This document shows positions 1-10,548 of a DNA stretch of 64,000 nt, piece after piece. The notes beneath the pieces were generated by a model that worked only from the letters and a program-made list of their open reading frames with translations, was not told the DNA's origin and made no database searches. The translations under genes were made by a program, and so were the position numbers. The first letter of the stretch is position 1, and the number at the start of each line of letters is the position of its first letter. The stretch is from Marsupella aquatica (taxonomy: Eukaryota > Plantae > Marchantiophyta), in assembly GCA_973895155.1 (NCBI GenBank), contig OZ316894.1, positions 20,342,451 to 20,406,450 on the forward strand. Direction: 5' to 3'.

Positions 1-133
1 GTCATGTACATTGTTTGGTTGTAGACAAACTGGACTATCTTACTTGTCGATGCAATTCGAATTGCAATCATTGTTTTTCGTATCAATAGTTACAAGATTT
101 TACATTCTTAAAGTGTTATTTACATTTGTTAAG

Positions 134-259
134 GTGAAGATGTCCTTATCCCACAAACAACACCCGCTTCTGAAGATCTTACGAACATCCCCTTACCACC
201 TACTGAGGAGGAATGGACGAAAATGGATGTCAACATTGAGGAACAAGAAGAGAATGAAG
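134..259 (+). CDS. Probable internal coding exon (acidic/Pro-rich linker), possibly an upstream exon of the ARM-repeat gene
   Basis: AG acceptor at 132-133 and GT donor at 260. The open frame reads (G)EDVLIPQTTPASEDLTNIPLPPTEEEWTKMDVNIEEQEENE(G), phase 1-1. Linkage to the ARM exon is inferred from position only. Confidence 0.45.
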
Positions 260-309
260 GTTTGTTTCCTCGTCTGGGTGTAATCTCAATTGCCGTTTGA
301 ATTTGATGG

Positions 310-1055
310 CTTGTCTTAGTTTGTCAGGATTGATACTGAACCGACTTAAACTTAGATTCAAGGTAGTGGAGCTTAGTCTCACATACTGCAGTCATTTTAG
401 ATGTAAGTATTTAGAGTAAAGTCCATTGTCTTCAAACGTTCACCATGATGTTTTTCTTTGTTCATGATTCCAGCTCATGGGTGTATTCTCGGGGGCCTCA
501 CTCTAAAGGGGGTCTCATAACACGCTCGACATTTTTAGCTATTACACACCCTAAAAAATAAGAAGAAAAAAAACTGAACTATTTTTTCCCATGTCTTTTT
601 GGAATATTCTAAAAATATTCATAAATTCATTTCTAAAACCATATCTTCTCTTATAATTCTCAAAATTGTATTTTGAAAACCCTAATGTTCTTCTGCATAA
701 ACTTAAAAGTATTCTTCTCAACCCAATAAACAAATCCTATACTTATTTCCACGTGATGGGTAGAAAGGAAATAAATAAGGACTCCAAGGGTGTATTTGCC
801 AGACTAAGACTGCAAATTGTTGTTATTGTCGGAATAACACTAGAAAGGCAGTACATACAGTCAAGTTAAGTCTAGTGATATTTGCTTTGTTTATGTTAAG
901 ATTGATACTGTTGCAAATAAACTTAGATTAAATGCTTTGAAATTCAACATAGTAGAGCTGGGAGTCGCACTCGTTCAAGTCATTTTAAAACTGAGTTTTT
1001 AGGCTGAGTCCAGAGTCATGAATCAGCTTTTCTCTTTGTTCTTGATTCTGAGACA
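310..1055 (+). repeat. Diverged ~170-bp direct duplication (about 310-475 and 885-1055)
   Basis: Shared blocks in the same order: GATTGATACTG, TAAACTTAGATT, GTAG(T)GAGCT, AGTCATTTTA, TCTTTGTTC(A/T)TGATTC. Confidence 0.55.
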
Positions 1056-1057
1056 TA

Positions 1058-1232
1058 AGTTGGGATGGATCTCCATCCAAGTTTAGCTTTGAATTCAAAT
1101 GAAGTTTTTCAAAACTCTCTGCCTATGAAAGTTAAAATTTGTCATTCTAATTCATATTTTCCAAAGTTAAATCCCTGCCATCATAGATATTATCTGAGAA
1201 ATTTATTTTTGAGATGGAGATCCATCCCAAAT
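1058..1232. mobile_element. Small MITE (Stowaway/Tc1-mariner-like, TA target site)
   Basis: Perfect 18-bp inverted repeats TTGGGATGGATCTCCATC (1060-1077) and GATGGAGATCCATCCCAA (1213-1230), extending imperfectly to TA dinucleotides at 1056-1057 and 1233-1234. The interior is AT-rich and non-coding. Confidence 0.65.
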
Positions 1233-1254
1233 TAGAGCTCCTTCATTTTGGCTT

Positions 1255-3366
1255 GTGTATGTATTTGCTGTATGTTTTACGTATAATGCTCTGAAGTTGA
1301 GAGTCGCCAATGCAGAGGAGGCTCTGGTTGGCCTAGTGAATTGTTTGTCACAGAATGACCACGGTGGTTTCCAAGAAAAAGCAGCATGGGAGTTGGCAGA
1401 TCTTGCCAGTTCGAGAAATAATGCTCTGAAGTTGAGAGTCGCCGATGCGGAGGGGGCTCTGGTTGGCCTGGTGAATTGCTTGTCACATAGTGACCATCTT
1501 GGTTTACAGGAACAAGCAGCACGAGCATTGGCAAATATTGCCTGTTCAGCGGATAATGCTCTGAAGTTCAAAGTTGCTGATGCGGAGGGGGCTTTGGTTG
1601 GTCTGGTGAATTGCTTGTCACACAATGATCACCGTGGTTTACAAGAAGCTGCAGCAGGGGTGTTGGCAAATATTTCTGGTTCGACAGATGATGCTCTGAA
1701 GTTGAGAGTTGCCGATGCGGAGGGGGCTTTGGTTGGCCTGGTGAATTGCTTGTCACACAATGATCACCGTGGTTTACAAGAAGCTGCAGCAGGGGTGTTG
1801 GTAAATATTTCTGGTTCGACAGATGATGCTCTGAAGTTGAGAGTTGCCGATGCAGAGGGGGCTCTAGTTGGCCTGGTGAATTGCTTGTCACACAATGATC
1901 ACCGTGGTTTACAAGAAGCTGCAGCAGGGGTGTTGGCAAATATTTCCGGTTCGACAGCTAATGCTCTGAAGTTGAGAGTTGCCAATGCGGAGGGAGCTCT
2001 GGTTGGCCTGATTAATTGCTTGTCACACAATGACCACAGTGGTTTACAAGAAGCAGCAGCAGGGGTGTTGGCAAATATTGCCAGTTCGACAGATAATGCT
2101 TTGAAGTTGAAAGTTGCTGATGTGGAGGGGGCTCTGGTTGGCCTGGTGAATTGCTTGTCACAAAATGACCACCGTGGTTTACAAGAAGCAGCAGCATGGG
2201 TGTTGGCAAATATTTCCGATTCGACGGATAATGCTCTGAAGTTGAGAGTTGCCGATGTGGAGGGGGCTCTAGTTGGCCTGGTGAATTGCTTGTCACAAAA
2301 TGACCACCGTGGTTTACAAGAAGCAGCAACATGGGCGTTGGCAAATATTGTTTGTTCCACAGATAATGCTCTGAAGTTGAAAGTTGCCAATGCAGAGGGG
2401 GCTCTGGTTGGCCTGGTGAATTGCTTGTCACACAATGACCACCGTGGTTTACAAGAACAAGTAGCAGGGGTGTTGGCAAATATTGCCGGTTCAATGAATA
2501 ATGCTTTGAAGTTGAGAGTTGCTGATGTGGAGGGGGCTCTGGTTGGCCTGGTGAATTGTTTGTCACAAAATGACCACCGTTGTTTACAAGAAGCAGCAGC
2601 ATGGGTGTTGGCAAATATTGCCGGTTCGACGGATGATGCTCTGAAGTTGAGAGTTACCAATGTGGAGGGGGCTCTGGTTGGCCTGGTGAATTGCTTGTCA
2701 CAGAATGACCACCATGGTTTACAAGAAGCAGCAACATTGGTGTTGGCAAATATTGCCGGTTCGACGGATAATGCTTTGAAGTTGAGAGTTGCCAATGTGG
2801 AAGGGGCTCTTGTTGGCCTGGTGAAATGTTTGTCAATGAATGACCACCGGGGTTTACAAGAAGAAGCAGCATGGGCATTGGCAAATCTTGCTGGTTCAAG
2901 AGATAATAGTCTGAAGTTGAGAGTCGCCAATGCAGAGGGGGCTCTGGTTGGCCTGGTGAAGTGCTTGTCAAAGAAGGACCACCGTAGTTTACAAGAAGCA
3001 GCAGCACGGGCATTGGCAAATCTTGTGTGTTCAAGGGATAATACTCTGAAGTTGAGAGTCGCCAATGAGGAGGGTTTTCTGGTTGCTCTGGTGAATTGCT
3101 TGTTACAGAATGACAACCTATATTTAGAAAGAGAGGCAGCAAGAATGGCATCAAATCTAGCTGGAGCTTCAGAGGCAAAAGTGATGCTCAAAAAAACGCA
3201 AGGTCTTTTGGAGGGGCTTACAAGCTTGGTCAGAGATGACATGCGTTCGGATACTCGATATGCAGCAGTAGAAGCGTTGTTGAAGATAGACCCGACACTA
3301 GCTAGGACAGTAGGCTTGCTCTCCGTACAATTTGATGCCAATCCATTAAGGTATGTGAATTCATGA
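1255..3366 (+). CDS. Armadillo (ARM)-repeat protein exon: 14 tandem 45-aa repeats plus a C-terminal cap
   Basis: 703-codon ORF with unit NALKLRVADAEGALVGLVNCLSHNDHRGLQEAAAxVLANIAGSTD, matching the ARM pattern (GAL..LV..L, H3 ..W.L.N). The ORF has no ATG at its start, so it is probably an internal exon. A likely donor GTATGT lies at 3351, with a short last exon from 3587 (RCQLD*). Confidence 0.85.
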   Translation: MYVFAVCFTYNALKLRVANAEEALVGLVNCLSQNDHGGFQEKAAWELADLASSRNNALKLRVADAEGALVGLVNCLSHSDHLGLQEQAARALANIACSADNALKFKVADAEGALVGLVNCLSHNDHRGLQEAAAGVLANISGSTDDALKLRVADAEGALVGLVNCLSHNDHRGLQEAAAGVLVNISGSTDDALKLRVADAEGALVGLVNCLSHNDHRGLQEAAAGVLANISGSTANALKLRVANAEGALVGLINCLSHNDHSGLQEAAAGVLANIASSTDNALKLKVADVEGALVGLVNCLSQNDHRGLQEAAAWVLANISDSTDNALKLRVADVEGALVGLVNCLSQNDHRGLQEAATWALANIVCSTDNALKLKVANAEGALVGLVNCLSHNDHRGLQEQVAGVLANIAGSMNNALKLRVADVEGALVGLVNCLSQNDHRCLQEAAAWVLANIAGSTDDALKLRVTNVEGALVGLVNCLSQNDHHGLQEAATLVLANIAGSTDNALKLRVANVEGALVGLVKCLSMNDHRGLQEEAAWALANLAGSRDNSLKLRVANAEGALVGLVKCLSKKDHRSLQEAAARALANLVCSRDNTLKLRVANEEGFLVALVNCLLQNDNLYLEREAARMASNLAGASEAKVMLKKTQGLLEGLTSLVRDDMRSDTRYAAVEALLKIDPTLARTVGLLSVQFDANPLRYVNS
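1285..3171 (+). repeat. Coding tandem array, 135-bp unit x14
   Basis: (A/G)ATGCTCTGAAGTTGAGAGT recurs at 1285, 1420, 1555, 1690 and onward to 3040, with an exact 135-bp period and no indels. Confidence 0.95.
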
Positions 3367-6300
3367 CTTCGATTGACCAACGCAACTCTTTATTGTGTAA
3401 ATATTCAGAAAGTAGCAAAGAAGTTGATCATCCAAGGAAATGGACAGTGTCAATAAAAAATAAGTCAGTAGGGACCGGGGTAGGGACGAACGAAGCTAAG
3501 GGCAATAGATGCACAGACGCTAAGATTCAATTTGCCGTCCTTGGGAAATTCTAAATATCTATAAGTAAGACATTGTCTTGTCATAGGTGCCAGCTGGATT
3601 GAGAATATCAGTTGGATAGGGACTAATCTGTGATGATGATGACTGGACACCTGAACTTTTTGAAAGCCGCTGAATTTCCAGACATTTCTGTTTTCTTTTT
3701 TCCTGATTCAAGTTTGATTTTGGTCGCGTTTTGGATTCTCACCTTCTTGACTTACTGTAGATCCCTTCCATACATTCCAAGCAAAAGGGAAATGCCAGAT
3801 AGGAAGGATCTTATCATTGAAAAATCCAACAATGTAGGCTACGATTGGAGACATCCAGGCCTGTATGCTCTGCATTGGATTCACTAACATAGCTTTTCTT
3901 GAAATGTGGTGGTAGCCAAAGTTGCAAAGTATAGGAAAATCGGTTTACATCCTACCCGATGTGATCTGTTTGCAACATTACTCAGTGGTCTATTTGTGAT
4001 GGCAGTAAGAGAATTTCTGTAAAGGGAGAACTTGGAGATTTTCAAAGGGCATTGGACGATGCCAATGAGCCATTCAACTGGACAGATGCCGATAGGGCGT
4101 TTGGCTTGCAGGAGAGACGTGTCTTGAATTGAAGTGAATGGGAGATCTGGGGGCCGCCCTGGCAGATTTGGACGAAGCTTTAAACCTAACGACAAATGAC
4201 TATTAAATGCTGAAGCACTGTGGTTATGTCAAATTCTTGTTAAATGACATGGAAGGAGCTCGCGCAGATGCAGAATGGGCTCCATCAATCGAACCCTTAA
4301 GTGATGAATCAGATGGCTACTTGGGAGGATCCCGCACAGAATACTTGGGCTACAAACTCTAAATGTGAAGATTGTGTTGGATAGATATTGACTGGCGGGG
4401 GTGTGCATTAATTGTGTGATGGACAGCAAACTTGAGCCACGGGAGATCCCTGTCTCCAATTGAAAAGCTTGGACTCTTAGTACCATAGTTGTAATGGATG
4501 TCGGTCTGACCTTTCACGGATGTTTTCAAAGATGTTTATACGCCTAAGATGTAAATTCATGTGCTATGCAAGAGCTTATTTAAGATGGGTTTCAAAGTTA
4601 CTTATGGCACAAAGCATCCGTGCCCCAACATCATCAGCAGTATGGGGCTCACTGTTACGTTAGAGACTCAAACGTCTACATGTGTAAAATTTCAGGTTTG
4701 TTTGTTACATGGCACTGTTCTCAGCTGTAAGAAGTGTGTGAGTTCAAATTGTGTTCTGAATATGTGTACACATTATGAGTCATATACATGCAAATTCACA
4801 GAATTCAAACATTTCTTTTAGCCAATCCTTTGAAGATTGCTATCGTGTAATATCTGAAACAAAACAATTTCATCCCATGGTTCAAAACGTCCAGAATTGC
4901 GAATCCAAAATCTTGTGCGCATCTCGTAGTTTAAAGATTAGAAAAATCCTCAATAGCATCTCTTCATTCCGTCAGTAATATCTGGAGAGCAACTGGCCAA
5001 AAAATCAGCCACTCCCTCATGAACAACAGCGAAAAGTCACATAGAGGGTGGACATAGCCAAGAGAGGACACCACTCGTCATCAAGCCCAACCTACATCTC
5101 GTGACAAGTCAGTTAAGCAATTTAAGTGAACAATGTGCTACTTCTAGGGAAGATGGTGCTGGTAAGTTCTTAGGTAAGTTGTCAACTCTCCCCGCCTGAT
5201 TTGAATCTCTCGGCTTTTGAACGTCTAGAAGGGCACGTTCATGGAGACTTAAGCTTTGCTTGCTGAAATGGAAATGGTACCCTTGTTTGTCATGACAAAA
5301 CCTGGAGATGGACTCCAGTTGAAAAAGAAATATACTTGGAGTGGGATTTCGGTCCCCCTTGAACATCTACTGTGAGCAACGTCTAAGCTTAGGCCATGGA
5401 ACTCGCAAATTGCAATTCTTGTGCTCGAAGAATTTGCCGAGAATTTTGTTCATTCACACAATTGGAGCACACTGACAGTTTGTTTTAGGTTTCAAAGTCT
5501 GCTCAGCTTCGAGTGTCCCTTGCACAAGTCCAATGGATCTGGAAGGAAGATTTCATCGCGATAGACTGGGAAGACACCACTATTGAAGACGATACGTTTC
5601 CAATGACAGCACTCAGTGAGTTTCCTGCATGATTACTGTTCCATGAACAAAACTGGACTATATACACTGATAGCAGAGGATGCTCAACAAGCATCAAGCA
5701 TTTTCCTAGATCCTGCATTCCACTATATATTTTAGACTCGGCCTTCGTGTTTTGACTCTTGAAGTTCAGCAAACGAAATGCGCAAGACTAGGCCATACTT
5801 CCAAACACTAAATACACACTTCATCACTAAGCAGAACGATCCCAGGAAGCTTGACGTTGGTTTCAATTTATTCCAAACCATTAAATACGGGTTTTCCTGG
5901 TTCGTACTCATTATTTTGTGTTGTCCCACAAGAAGATATTTTCTTGGCTCTAACTGGACCCTTGAACTATTTTTAGTCACTCACTAATTGAGTCAGACAG
6001 AACATACACTAATACCTCAATTCAGCCAGTCAAAATAGCTTGTGTTCATCGAAGTGACTCTCTGCTTGCTCAAGCTTTGCGAATTATTGAGATGAGATCC
6101 ATCTAATTATTTTATGGTGATGTGAATAATTAGTATGATGCAGTCAGCTTCATTCAATGCCAATCAAATGACCATTCAAGCCACTGTCCCCTAAATTCAT
6201 GTAATCATGTTGGCCAGATTATCTCCAAGTGTGGACAACTAGAAAACTTCAAAATCCGTTCACTGTCATCATTGTTAAGAAACTTTGGGGGTATCTTTTG

Positions 6301-6698
6301 TTGTTGTAGATGTTATGCACCAAGGAAACGTGAAAATGTAGACAGTTTGTTGGTGACATCATTTTTCTATGCATGGTACGTGTTAATTGAGTAGCGTCAA
6401 TCACGAAGTGGACTGTCCGAGTCCGGGCAGCAAGTTAAAGTCTCGCAATGTGAACTCCACGCTCAGCCACAGACGCCTGCCTATACAATTTACACTCGAC
6501 CTGAGGCAGCGATTCTGCACAACCCATACATGCACTGGGACCTGGGAATCCAAAAGGCCCTGCGATTGGAAATGACGATTATATTGTCTGTCCCAGCCAA
6601 ATGTTGAGTTGCAATCCTCACTTAGTATTCATAACAAGTAACAAACATTGCTAAATCCCAGTCAAGACAACAAATGGAATTTCGAAATGGTTTGGTTT

Positions 6699-7391
6699 TT
6701 AAATTGCCAATTCAAATCGCAGAGGAAGCACATAATTATGTGCGACGGGCTGTTGATATAAGTTATACAATTTGCTTGCTACTATGCCAAAGCCAGTCGG
6801 CAGGTTATGAATGAATCTCTTCAGAGCATGAGTGTGCATCATTTCCTCACAGCTTTGTCCCCACATTGAATAGAAAAGAGAACTAGTGACTCTAAACCGA
6901 TCTTCAGAGCTTGCAAAACTCCTATGGTACATGACTAGCAGTGCAGTTAAATTACTTACAAATTTTTACAATTATTTAAGCCTTAGCTGTTCCAACTTCA
7001 CCGTCTCTCTTGCCACAATTTTCTCAAACGCCCCCCTAATTTTGAGACCTACGATGGTGTGGAACAATCCTGTTCCGTTGTTGCTACTGGGGAAGTCAGC
7101 GTGCTTCAACATCTGTTGGCTGATCTCTCCGTAGACCTTGGTCAAAATGTTCAAATGACTCTCCACATAAACAAGCTCATCCAGTTTGTCGAATTGACCG
7201 TCTATTCTGGAACTGAAACCTTTACAAATTGAAGGCATCTGGCATCAATAACTAATGCAAAGACTGAATACAAATACTTAAATAATGCCCATTCATCAAG
7301 AAGACAGCAGAAGCACTGAGACCAGGGAGGGCCAACAGTTTAAATTTGCAAAAAATTGACCAACCAAAATGTACCTTGTGGCAGTACTAGG
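6699..7391 (-). pseudogene. Decayed spliced gene fragment of unknown family, cut off at its 5' side by the retroelement block
   Basis: ORFs 6972-7238 and 6699-6932 share one frame, joined across two TAA stops. A GT...AG intron (about 7376-7239 on the minus strand) precedes them. No family was recognised. Confidence 0.35.
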
Positions 7392-7866
7392 TGTTGGGGC
7401 CCTAGGTGAACAGCATCCCGGCTATGAGCAGGTCAGCTTTCACCGTGAGTTAAATCTACATCAAGTTAATGCTATCCAGGATTAGCGATGAAAGGTGCGC
7501 TGCCCATCTCTTGTCCCGATGCAACCTGCCCGCCCAAACTAACGGACGACGGTTTATGTTTTCCTAAGTCTAAACTAAGTAAACTAAAGTCAACTTTGAC
7601 TAAGGAATAGTCAAGTAATCAAAACTAGAATAAGCTAAGTAAAAAGGTCTACAAACTAAGTACTAACCTCATAGTATAATAAGAGGGGGGTCAACTACAA
7701 GTAAATGAAGGCGAGCTACATAACCAAGGGCTAACTTCCCTTTGGTCTTCTATCCCTTCAAATACTGTCGACGAAAAAGATCCTTGCGATAACGAATAAG
7801 TCGTGGCTCACTGGTCTTCCGGATGGGATGTCCATCCGGTCCGATCCAAACAAAATAATCTGAAGG

Positions 7867-9355
7867 TCATGGAATGTCTGGGGTTGGAAGAGGAAAAGGT
7901 GCAATGACCTTTCTACAATGGTAAACCCAACTCCACAAGTCAGGAGTCTCAATCAATGGCAGTCTTAGCTTGTCGATAGGTAGCCATAGAATACCACAAG
8001 AAATTGGAACCGTGTCGTAGGTATGTGGAAAAGGAAAAGACTCACCACCAAACATAAGTGGAGGTAAGGGAGGTGCAAGAGGAATGCATGCGTCGATGAG
8101 TGACGTGATCATCCTATCAAACTCGGCGGGGAAGACATAAAGAGGCTCAATATCGGTAACAGAAGAGACAATAGGAGACTGAGACATCAAAGGGGTAGGA
8201 GCTATAAAGGGTACACTGGGAGGCTCTACAGTCTCAGGCTCAGTCTCAGTCTCGGGAATAGGCTCAAGAATGGGTTCATTTCCTTCCCTGGTAGGAGAGG
8301 GAAATGAATCATCAGGGGGTGGTAGGGTGGTATCCTCGATGGGGAAGAATGGAACTGGAGTGGATACTGGTGAAGGAGGTAAAGGCTCAAGGGTAGGGGA
8401 TGGAGGGTACTTGGGTAAAGGGGGTGTAGGTGTGGATGGAAGGAGTGAAGGGTCAACAATAGGTATCTCCGGCTCATCCACATCCATAGGGTGGTTAAGC
8501 TATGGTGAAGGTGCATGAGGTGAAACATGAGGGGGTGGGGTGGAACGAGACTCAGAAATCAAAGTACGAATACAATCAAGTAACTGCATGGGAGTACAAC
8601 TCAAGATTCTAGTGGCCTCATCTACCAAATGCTGGTTGAAACCAGCCACACTAGCTAGTCTCTCGACATCACCAACAAAATCAGTCCATGACGTGTAAGA
8701 AGTGGAAGCAACAAAAGAGGGAGAAGTTATCCCTGGTAAATCTGGTGCTATCGTCTGCTCCACTAGAGGGGGTCTTGGTGAAGTCGTGGGCGATGGAGTC
8801 AACTCTCTCGCTAACTCTAGCTAAGGAAGCTCAAAGTGTCTCACTCTCCTCCTCCAATCGCTTAGCTCGATCCACTGGTAACACGCAGTCTCTCAAAAAT
8901 TAAATGTGAGCCAAGTAGGGTGTCAAATAGGTATCACTAGTAGTAGTCAAGACAACCACTTGCTTGGCGATCGCCTCCGAAAGAGCTAGGGCCCAGTTGA
9001 TCCTCCTCTTGCCGGTCCATGAAGCGATGATGGAGCTGGTCAAGTAAACCATAGCCCGGGCCATAGCCCTGGTGGGTTTGGTCGGATGAAAGATAGGTAC
9101 AAGGAATCGGAGTAAATGAGCTAACTCCCGATTCCTACACTGATCAATCTTCCAACCAGACCTCCGGTTCTTGGTACTTCTAAAGTAGGGGACAGTCAAG
9201 TCCTCCCCAACAAAAATCAATCTCTCTCCTTCCTGGCTCAACTGGTACACCTCAGAAACAATGGCGGCGGTACAAACATCAGCTGAACCTCTAGTAGAAC
9301 TCCAGAAAGTGCTAGGACGTGCTGTGCGCAGAAAATAAGCAATGAGGGACCCCAT
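7867..9355 (-). pseudogene. Degenerate retrotransposon accessory ORF (HP..P...INWA...YLAH domain plus Pro-rich tail)
   Basis: ORF pieces 8900-9355, 8500-8802 and 7867-8487 are separated by stops and frameshifts. The motif FLVPIFHPTKPTR...GKRRINWA...YLTPYLAHI is homologous to the ORF at 10549-12291. Confidence 0.55.
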
Positions 9356-10548
9356 GCACCATGTCCCATGGAATGAAAAGTAAAGAACTCAATCCCATCT
9401 CTACCAGGTTACTAAGAAGTCAAAAGTAAGCCTTAGGACCTGGAGGTAAGGTCACCCTAATGGTCTTACTAACTGGTAAGCTTTTGGTAGCCATATATAG
9501 CTTCCAAGAAATCAAAAAAATCTGAGAAAACAATTGAACTTAATACTCCTAAATGGCTGACCTTCGGAAATTGAGAATGGAGGTATAAGCTCTTGAAGTA
9601 GCTACGCTGCTTCTAGAGAAAGAATGAACAGAAAATGTCAAGGAGAAAAGTAGTACTGATCAGTTGAAATTTGAAACTCTGTGAGATAAGGATGTTCATG
9701 AAAGAAGGGTTAACTAACCATAAATTTTAGAATTTTTACGTTTAAGATCTCAAATAAGGCTGAAGAGGGACCTGAAGACTACTTTGAAGTGTTATGAGAC
9801 TTTCAAGCCCATCTGAGGTCAACCCGGATTGATATTAGAGAAGGAGGATCGACCCGGAACTTTTTACTATAAGCCTTGAATGAGATATAAAGCTTATACC
9901 AAGACTCTACTCAACAACAGCTGTCCATTGCCAAAGTTTTTAAAACCATAAGTCAAACACAGGCACGACCACAGCAGAATCCGGATATAAGGAAGGAGAG
10001 TCGATCCGGCCTCTCATACCTCTCAAAGCCAAACTTAGTAGGTTTTGAGCTCCCGAGCGCATTAGGCTGTTTAAGCAGTAGAGTGAGGAGGCTCTACCCT
10101 TTTGGTAGAGGATCTTGGGTCCGGATTATAGGACCAATCTTGCATTGCATGATGAGAGCCTGGATATGAGGGTACTGACTGATTCATTGTAAGGGGAATG
10201 CCTACTCCACCGCTGGAAGTGAAGGCAGGAAGTTTGAGATCCTGATCGTGGATACATCGGTTGTGAGAAGGGAGGCCAGGTCGACCCAGACATTACCATT
10301 GCAGGCCCGACTGAGTCCAGCGTTTCCCCATGTTAGATGACCCTACATTGTGGTTGACGAAATCTTGATGAAATTCTTCCGAAACGATTTTCAATTGATC
10401 AGAAACGCTGCGGCCAGCTTGACCCGGACATTTCTACCAGTGGTCGACACCGAAGAGATTGAACATTCTGAAGCCGCATCATTGTAGAGCTCACCGTAGA
10501 GGAGGCAAAACATTTACCATAAATCAAGTTTCAGCTTCCAGAAATCCT

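Noticed and set aside
1285-3171. Regular repeat array considered as CRISPR-like or satellite DNA
   Set aside because: There are no unique spacers, the unit is a multiple of 3 with an open ARM-coding frame, and the context is eukaryotic.
1203-3380. Long antisense ORFs (493 aa, 200 aa and others) over the ARM array
   Set aside because: Shadow frames: a stop-free frame in one 135-bp unit is propagated by the tandem repeat, and no independent protein signal is present.
5100-6400. Plus-strand frame with scattered stops (WKEDFIAIDWED..., LFYGDVNN) suggesting a pseudogene or LINE endonuclease
   Set aside because: Only a weak GDxN resemblance and no other motifs, so it cannot be supported without a homology search.
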